A program made the translations under genes and the position numbers. A stretch of DNA of 64,000 nucleotides from an uncultured Pelagibacteraceae bacterium (GTDB lineage Bacteria > Pseudomonadota > Alphaproteobacteria > Pelagibacterales > Pelagibacteraceae), in assembly GCA_902576785.1 (NCBI GenBank), contig CACGWC010000004.1, positions 16,340 to 80,339 on the forward strand, read 5' to 3'. Positions 57,660 to 64,000 of this stretch are shown here, piece by piece; the stretch's first letter is position 1, and each line of letters begins with the position of its first letter. The notes under the pieces were generated by a model, which was given only the letters and a program-made list of their open reading frames with translations, was not told the DNA's origin and searched no databases.

Positions 57660-58946
57660 ATGGCAATTACTTATATAAAAAAAGCTGAAAAAACTGCATT
57701 TACAGGAGAAGATGAAACAAGAACTAAGGTAAGTTCTATTTTAAAAGATTTAGAAAAAACTAAAGATCAAGGTGTTAAAGATATTTTAAAAAAATTTGAT
57801 AATTATGAAGGTGATATAATTGTTAGCAAAGAAAAAATTGAGGAAATAAATAAAACTTTAGATCAGAAGATTAAAGATGATATTCAGTTCTCTCATGAAA
57901 GAGTAAGGAAGTTTGCAGAACATCAGCTTGAAAATCTTGGAAAAGACTCAGAAGTTGAATTATCGCCAGGTTTAATAGCAGGGCAAAAATTAATACCTGT
58001 AAATACCGTTGGGTGTTACGTGCCCGGTGGAAGATATAACAATATCGCCTCTGCTATAATGAGTGTGACAACTGCAAAAGTTGCTGGAGTAAAAAATGTA
58101 ATTGCAACAAGTCCGCCGAAAGATTCAAATGGTGCTAACCCAATTATAATTTATACAGCTAACCTTTGTGGTGCAGATGTAATTATGAACATTGGCGGTA
58201 TAGGAGCAATTGGTGCGCTTGCATATGGTTGCTTTGGTAATCCAGAAGTAGATATGATTGTTGGACCTGGAAATAAATTTGTAGCAGAGTCTAAAAGGAT
58301 TTTATTTGGAAAAGTTGGAATTGATTTATTTGCAGGACCAACCGAAATAGGCATTATTGCAGATCATACAGCTGACAAAGAAATAATCGCTTATGATTTA
58401 GTTGGACAGGCTGAACATGGTCCTGACTCTCCAGCTTGGCTTTATACTACTGATAAATCTTTATGTGATTATGTTATGAAAAGAGTTCCAGAAATTATTC
58501 AAGAACTACCTGAACATAACAGAAATAATGCTGATGCAGCATGGAGAGATTATGGAGAAGTAATTATGTGTGATACCAAAGAAGAAATGATGAAAGTGAG
58601 TGATGAATATGCACCTGAACATTTAGAGGTTCAAGCTGAAAACTTAGACTGGTATTTAAAAAATTTAAAAAATTATGGTTCTTTATTTTTAGGTGAAGAA
58701 ACAACAGTTGCATATGGAGATAAATGCTCTGGACCAAATCATATTCTACCAACAAAAGGTGCAGGAAAATATACTGGAGGCTTATACGTTGGAAAATTTA
58801 TAAAAACAGTTACTTACCAAAAGATGAATAAAGAATCTAACAAAGAAGTTGGTGCTGCAGCAGCTAGAATTTCTAGATACGAAGGTATGGAAGCTCATGC
58901 TAGAACTGGTGATGTAAGACTTCGAAAATATGGTTTTTCAAATTAG
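57660..58946 (+). CDS. hpsN: Sulfopropanediol (DHPS) 3-dehydrogenase, HisD paralogue
   Basis: HisD fold with HpsN-type features YIKKAEKT, CYVPGGRY, DLVGQAEHG..SPAWL, AAWRDYGEV, YGSLFLGEETTVAYGDK.SGPNH; no his genes nearby; sulfonate context. Confidence 0.82.
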   Translation: MAITYIKKAEKTAFTGEDETRTKVSSILKDLEKTKDQGVKDILKKFDNYEGDIIVSKEKIEEINKTLDQKIKDDIQFSHERVRKFAEHQLENLGKDSEVELSPGLIAGQKLIPVNTVGCYVPGGRYNNIASAIMSVTTAKVAGVKNVIATSPPKDSNGANPIIIYTANLCGADVIMNIGGIGAIGALAYGCFGNPEVDMIVGPGNKFVAESKRILFGKVGIDLFAGPTEIGIIADHTADKEIIAYDLVGQAEHGPDSPAWLYTTDKSLCDYVMKRVPEIIQELPEHNRNNADAAWRDYGEVIMCDTKEEMMKVSDEYAPEHLEVQAENLDWYLKNLKNYGSLFLGEETTVAYGDKCSGPNHILPTKGAGKYTGGLYVGKFIKTVTYQKMNKESNKEVGAAAARISRYEGMEAHARTGDVRLRKYGFSN

Positions 58947-58959
58947 AGAACTTTAGTTT

Positions 58960-60036
58960 TCAAGATTTAAAAATATCAATTCCGATCTGACTTAATATAT
59001 GCGCTAGATCTATCGGTACCCAATTTTCTCTGATTTTTCCCTCATCATGATGATAAAAATCCATAACTCTCATAGTTACTTTATTTTTATTTGAATTATA
59101 TCCTAGCCAATCATTTGAATCATACACTGCTTGTATACTGTGCCATCCAGCAGTAAGTGAAAATTTACCATCTCCTAATTCACAATAATGTCCTAATTCC
59201 CAGTAATTTCTTTCTTTAAATGTTTTTCTAAAAGGAAGTTGATGATGATCAATGAAACCTTCCAAAGAGCGTGCTGTTCCTATACCGCTAGGTCCATACC
59301 AAATCATTTTTTCATGCCAAAAATCTTTTTGTGGGTGATTAAGAAGTTTTTCTTTTAAATCAGAGTCAGATGATGCTTCTAATTCTGGTTTAATATTTAA
59401 ACTTCTTTGCATAGTAAGAGATTGATCTAGAGTGGCTTTTGAAACATCTAAATTGTTTTCGTAAAAATTTACACCATCTGTATTTATTGGTGTCATCCAA
59501 ATGCCCTCATACCCTCTTGAAGGATTTATTGGAAACTTCCCTACTTGATTTAGAAAATTTATTGTGTCGATTAAAATGTGACTTTCAATAATTTTATCGT
59601 TTTTTAATTCGTGTATCTCACAGCATCTTAAATTTACCATTTTAAAATTTGGCTCTACATTTAGCCATTTCTTTTTAAAAATTCCTGATAAGGTAGATAT
59701 TGTTCCAACTTGAAATTTATCTCTAAAGGCTCCGCCTATAACGAGTTGTTCTCTTCTCTCTAAATCAGGAAACGCATCAAAAAGTGGGGTCCAAAATTTA
59801 TCCCTAAAATTAGACAAACCTTTAAATTCATTTAATGGAAAAAAACATTTAATGTTTACATCTTCGCTAAAATATTTGCTTAAATTTTCTTCTATTTTAG
59901 ATGGTCCAAGCTTGTAAATATTGTTCAAATAATTTCTAACTATTTGTTTATTTTGTTTATTTTCTTCAGCTGTGATTTTTAATTCTTGAAAATTATTTTG
60001 ATTTTTAAGTCCTGTATCAAATTGTTCTATTTGCAT
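58960..60036 (-). CDS. Tandem SnoaL-like (ester cyclase/NTF2 fold) protein
   Basis: AFPDLERR, M.WYGP.GIG, F..HHQ.PF, MRVMDF, I.ENWV.ID; start placed at MQIEQ. Confidence 0.75.
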   Translation of the reverse strand: MQIEQFDTGLKNQNNFQELKITAEENKQNKQIVRNYLNNIYKLGPSKIEENLSKYFSEDVNIKCFFPLNEFKGLSNFRDKFWTPLFDAFPDLERREQLVIGGAFRDKFQVGTISTLSGIFKKKWLNVEPNFKMVNLRCCEIHELKNDKIIESHILIDTINFLNQVGKFPINPSRGYEGIWMTPINTDGVNFYENNLDVSKATLDQSLTMQRSLNIKPELEASSDSDLKEKLLNHPQKDFWHEKMIWYGPSGIGTARSLEGFIDHHQLPFRKTFKERNYWELGHYCELGDGKFSLTAGWHSIQAVYDSNDWLGYNSNKNKVTMRVMDFYHHDEGKIRENWVPIDLAHILSQIGIDIFKS

Positions 60037-60077
60037 AAATTGCAATTTATATTTAAATAGAGATAAATAACAAGAAT

Positions 60078-61016
60078 ATGATTGATAGATTAGCAAAATT
60101 TAATGAGCTCGTTCCGAGTAGCCTTCCTTTTGTAGAGGGTAGATTAGAAGGTCATAAAGAAAGAAAAAATTATACAATTATTGGACGTGGAGTTGCTGAA
60201 GATACCAAACAACTAATAAAAATACAGTCTTTACATGGGTATAATTTAGGAGCAGTGAGTGCTATGCCAAAAAATGGATCTGGTCTTCATAGTCATACTA
60301 CGGCTGAAGTATTTGTAATTTACTCAGGTAAATGGAGATTTTATTGGGGTGCTGATGGAAAACAAGAAACAATATTAGAAGCTGGCGATATAATTTCAAT
60401 GCCTACAAATATGTTCAGAGCATTTGAAAATGTTGGAGATAAAGAAAGTTTAATGTTCGTTGTATTAGGCGGAGATGATCCTGGTATAATAACATGGGTA
60501 CCAGAAATTTTAAAAAAAGCAAAAGAGACTGGTATGGCATTGCTTGATGATAATTCGTTAATAGATTTAAAAAAGGTTGAAGTACCTAACGGTAGAAAGA
60601 TGATAGAGCCTATCACTCAAGATGAATTAGAAAGATTTGATAATTATTTGCCAGAAGAATTAGAAAAAAATATTTATAGAAATAAACAAAAGAATGTCAG
60701 TGATGAAGTTAATGGTATTAAATTATATCAAGTATTAGGAAACAAATTTAATATAAAAACTTATGAACCTTCAATCAAACAAGATACTGGATTTAATTTA
60801 ACAACTTTAAATTCTATATCTGGTGAAATTAAAGATATTGAATGTATAAAGCCTACCGTTCTTTTTGCTCAAGAGGGTAATTGGAAAATAGTAATAGGAA
60901 ACTCAAATATAAAATTAGAAAAAGGAGATACTTTTTCAGTTCCTTTGAGTAGCAAAATAGATATCTCTTGTAATAATTCAGAAAATAGTATTTTAAATTT
61001 TGTTAGTCAGATCTAA
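60078..61016 (+). CDS. Cupin domain protein, bicupin-like
   Basis: HSH.TAEVF....G.WRF.WG, GD.IS.PT..FR.FEN. Confidence 0.8.
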   Translation: MIDRLAKFNELVPSSLPFVEGRLEGHKERKNYTIIGRGVAEDTKQLIKIQSLHGYNLGAVSAMPKNGSGLHSHTTAEVFVIYSGKWRFYWGADGKQETILEAGDIISMPTNMFRAFENVGDKESLMFVVLGGDDPGIITWVPEILKKAKETGMALLDDNSLIDLKKVEVPNGRKMIEPITQDELERFDNYLPEELEKNIYRNKQKNVSDEVNGIKLYQVLGNKFNIKTYEPSIKQDTGFNLTTLNSISGEIKDIECIKPTVLFAQEGNWKIVIGNSNIKLEKGDTFSVPLSSKIDISCNNSENSILNFVSQI

Positions 61017-61975
61017 TGAAAGGATTTGATAGTAATTATAAAAATTTAACTGATTACATTTTAAAAATTACTAAACAAATTTGGGAAGGGAAAGATGTCG
61101 AGTCAATATCCAAATATTATTCAGAGAATATCCCTGTAAGATCACCTTTTGGAGTAACCTATGGTTTTAAACCTGTTATTGATGCAACCTATAAAACTTT
61201 AGACGAATTTCCTGACAGACAATTATTAGGTGAAGATGTAATTTGGAGTGGAAATGATGATGAAGGATATCATTCATCTCACAGAATTCTTAGCAAAGCT
61301 ACACATTTAAATGACGGGTATTACGGAAAAAAAACAGGAAACAAAATTGTTTATAGAGTTATAGCCGACTGTGCATGTAAAAATAATCAGGTTTATGATG
61401 AGTGGATTGTGAGAGATCAAGGTGCAATGGTTCGACAGCTGGGTTATACACCTGAGCAATTTGCAAGGCATTTAATTGATAAAGAAGGTGGGGTATCTAA
61501 AGCTATCAAAGTTTTTAATAGATCTTCTGATAAAAAGTCAGATTATACTCCAGTTAAAGTTAATGAAGTTTCATCAGGTTATATATATTCCAATATTTTA
61601 AAGAAAATATTTAATAATAATTATGATTTTGAAGATTATGATAGAGCAGCCAGTCTATTTTGGCCAAGTAATAAAGTTGGAAATGGCAGTGAAGATATAA
61701 TTAAATATTGGAGCTCTTTAAAAAATATATTTTCTGAAATAAAGTTTACAATCGAACATGTTGCATCATTAGATGAAAAAAATAACAATCAAAAAGCTAC
61801 AATCAGATGGTTTTTAAGTGGTAAGCACTCTAAAGACAGTGAAGAATTCGGGAAAAAGACTGACAAAGATTTATTTATAATGGGTATAAATCATGCAGAA
61901 TTAAGAGATGATAAAATAATAAGAGAATGGGTATTGTTTGATGAAGTGGCTATTTGGAAACAAATATTAATGTAA
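61016..61975 (+). CDS. Tandem SnoaL-like (ester cyclase) protein
   Basis: DYI..IT..IWE, FPDR.LLGEDVIW, SSHRI, R.IADC, EW.VRD, EWVLFDE. Confidence 0.78.
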   Translation: MKGFDSNYKNLTDYILKITKQIWEGKDVESISKYYSENIPVRSPFGVTYGFKPVIDATYKTLDEFPDRQLLGEDVIWSGNDDEGYHSSHRILSKATHLNDGYYGKKTGNKIVYRVIADCACKNNQVYDEWIVRDQGAMVRQLGYTPEQFARHLIDKEGGVSKAIKVFNRSSDKKSDYTPVKVNEVSSGYIYSNILKKIFNNNYDFEDYDRAASLFWPSNKVGNGSEDIIKYWSSLKNIFSEIKFTIEHVASLDEKNNNQKATIRWFLSGKHSKDSEEFGKKTDKDLFIMGINHAELRDDKIIREWVLFDEVAIWKQILM

Positions 61976-61980
61976 AAACT

Positions 61981-63108
61981 ATGGATAAAATTAAAACCAC
62001 ACATGTTGGAAGTCTGCCAAGATCAAAAAAGCTATCTGAGATACTATTTAAAAAAGATAAAAATGAATTATTTGATCAAGGAGAGCTTGATAAGATAATT
62101 GAAGAAGATGTAAACAAAATTGTAAAAAAACAAATTAATATCGGAATTGACATTGTAAGTGATGGTGAAATGTCAAAAATCAGTTATGCTACTTATGTCA
62201 AGGATCGATTACATGGATTTAGTGGTGAAAGCGAGAGAAGAGCTCCTAAAGACTTAGATGATTTTCCATCATATAAAGAAAAAATTGCAAAATCAGGAGG
62301 CACACCTACTTATACAAGACCATGTTGTACTGCTGATTTAAAAATTAAAGATACTAAATCTTTAACTAAAGATATCAGTAATTTAAAATCTGCATTAAAA
62401 AAAAATAACCATTCTCAAGGATTTATAAACTCTGCATCACCAGGAGTAATTTCAAATTTCCTTCCAAACAAATTCTATAAGAATGACGATGATTATTTAG
62501 AAGCATTATCAAAAATGATGAAAACTGAATATGATGAAATAACAAAGAATGATTTATTTTTACAAATTGATTGCCCAGATCTAGCGCTAGCAAGACATAT
62601 GACTTTTAAAAATGTATCAGATGAAGAATTTTTAGTAAGAGCTGAAAAACAAATCGAATGTCTTAATGAAGCAATCAAAGATATCGATGCCTCTAAGTTG
62701 AGAATGCATATCTGCTGGGGAAATTATGAAGGACCTCATATTCACGATATTGGATTAGAAAAAATATTACCTATTGCTTTAAAAGCAAATATCCAAACTT
62801 ATTTAATTGAAGCCTCGAACCCAAGACATGCTCATGAATGGCAGGTTTTTGAGAATATTAGACTTCCTAATGATAAAGTAATAGCTCCTGGTGTAATAGA
62901 CTCAACCTCAAACTTCATAGAGCATGAAGAGTTAGTAAAAAATAGAATAATTCAGTATTCAAAAGTAATTGATAAAGATCAATTGATGGCTGGAAGTGAT
63001 TGTGGATTTAGTACTTTTGCAGGCTTTGGAAATGTTGATGAAAATATTGTTTACAAGAAATTTGAATCTTTGGTCGCAGGTGCAGAGCTTGCGTCAAATG
63101 CGATTTAA
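61981..63108 (+). CDS. Single-barrel MetE-like Zn thiol-alkyltransferase (methionine synthase II / epoxyalkane:CoM transferase family)
   Basis: TTHVGSLPR, DGE, QIDCPD, Zn ligands HICWGN, E and DCGF, PGVID; no N-terminal folate-binding barrel. Confidence 0.85.
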   Translation: MDKIKTTHVGSLPRSKKLSEILFKKDKNELFDQGELDKIIEEDVNKIVKKQINIGIDIVSDGEMSKISYATYVKDRLHGFSGESERRAPKDLDDFPSYKEKIAKSGGTPTYTRPCCTADLKIKDTKSLTKDISNLKSALKKNNHSQGFINSASPGVISNFLPNKFYKNDDDYLEALSKMMKTEYDEITKNDLFLQIDCPDLALARHMTFKNVSDEEFLVRAEKQIECLNEAIKDIDASKLRMHICWGNYEGPHIHDIGLEKILPIALKANIQTYLIEASNPRHAHEWQVFENIRLPNDKVIAPGVIDSTSNFIEHEELVKNRIIQYSKVIDKDQLMAGSDCGFSTFAGFGNVDENIVYKKFESLVAGAELASNAI

Positions 63109-63181
63109 AAACTACTTTTAAATTCCCTAAGGAATATATATCCTTTCATCCATAAATTTAAATTTAATGAGGGAAACAAAT

Positions 63182-64000
63182 ATGAAAAAAATATTAATAT
63201 CATTATTGTTTCTTCTTTTTGGAACTTCTGCTTACGCAGATTGTAACATTAAGAGTGGATCAATAAATATTTTAGCTAATGATTTTCCAGCTTTAAGAAC
63301 TTTCGTGGAAACAGCTAAAGGATGTAAAGGAAGTGCGGATTTTAAAGTCACACACTCATCTGAGCACAATAAAATTGCTGTGCCAGCTCTAACTGCAAAT
63401 CCATCAGAGTTTTCTGCAAGAATTGCAGCAAATAGCTCTATAGTTCCTTTAATGAACCAAGATTTAATTAGACCACTTGATGATCTTGTTAAGAAATATG
63501 GAAAAGGAATACAAGACTCTCAATTGATAACAATTGATGGAAAAATAATGGCAGTTGCTTTTATGGCAAACACTCAGCACTTATATTACAGAGAAGATGT
63601 TTTAAAAGAATTGGGTATCGCTGTTCCTAAAACATATGAGGAAGTAGTAGCGGCATCAGAAAAAATAAGAGCATCTGGTAAAATGCAATATCCTTACGCA
63701 GCAGCATACAAAGCTGGTTGGAATTTAGCAGAAGAATTCGTTAACATGTACATTGGACATGGAGGAGAATTCTTTAAAGCAGGAACTGCTCAACCAAGCA
63801 TTAACAATGCAAAAGGTGTAGCAACATTAAATATGCTAAAAAAATTAGCAGGTTTAAGTAACCCAGATTATTTAACTCACGATAGTGAAGCTATTAAAGT
63901 TGAATGGGAATCTGGAAATGTTGCATTAATGACTCTTTGGGCATCAAGATCAGGAACATTGCTTGATGATGATGGTGATGCAAAAATTACAGCTGCAACT
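63182..64000 (+). CDS. ABC transporter substrate-binding protein (family 1, carbohydrate-type), truncated by the window end
   Basis: RBS gaggga; MKKILISLLFLLFGTSAYAD..., LIRPLDDLV, IDGKIMAVAFMANTQHLYYREDVL..LGI.VPKTYEEV. Confidence 0.88.
   Translation, partial: MKKILISLLFLLFGTSAYADCNIKSGSINILANDFPALRTFVETAKGCKGSADFKVTHSSEHNKIAVPALTANPSEFSARIAANSSIVPLMNQDLIRPLDDLVKKYGKGIQDSQLITIDGKIMAVAFMANTQHLYYREDVLKELGIAVPKTYEEVVAASEKIRASGKMQYPYAAAYKAGWNLAEEFVNMYIGHGGEFFKAGTAQPSINNAKGVATLNMLKKLAGLSNPDYLTHDSEAIKVEWESGNVALMTLWASRSGTLLDDDGDAKITAAT

Noticed and set aside
57660-58946. Annotation as histidinol dehydrogenase hisD
   Set aside because: Sequence signatures and sulfonate context fit HpsN; no his genes nearby
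3144-62678. Many short ORFs antisense to or nested in well-supported genes (e.g. 3777-4163, 12595-13041, 37794-38105, 52881-53348)
   Set aside because: They lie opposite recognisable genes, have no motifs and show typical shadow-frame composition
1-64000. CRISPR arrays, IS elements, integrases, prophage, rRNA or tRNA genes
   Set aside because: No spaced repeat arrays, mobility motifs or RNA-gene signatures found by eye

Overview
Very AT-rich, gene-dense alphaproteobacterial DNA whose content (aprMBA, thiV with riboswitch, orphan pilin, amtB without glnK, minimal intergenic spaces) strongly suggests SAR11/Pelagibacterales; this assignment is inferred from gene content. The window is dominated by organosulfonate catabolism: tauABC, an omega-amino-acid:pyruvate aminotransferase, ald, xsc, pta, hpsN, a ComC-like dehydrogenase, suyAB, two TauE exporters and aprMBA. 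It also holds an Anbu/ATP-grasp pair, a TRAP/CoA-transferase cluster, an accessory stretch at 7-15.5 kb (CRTAC1-like protein, pilin, cNMP-acyltransferase-SGNH fusion, photolyase), pabABC and housekeeping genes. No rRNA, tRNA, CRISPR array or mobile element was seen. Best novelty candidates: (1) a structured RNA at 46.9 kb with its own promoter and a loop antisense to RBS+AUG regions of solute-binding-protein genes, with a related hairpin at 15.7 kb; (2) a SnoaL/cupin/SnoaL/MetE-like/ABC module next to hpsN; (3) a HIT protein upstream of aprMBA that might turn over APS; (4) a double winged-helix regulator/small membrane protein module with tandem operators. All family calls come from motif recognition, not database searches.
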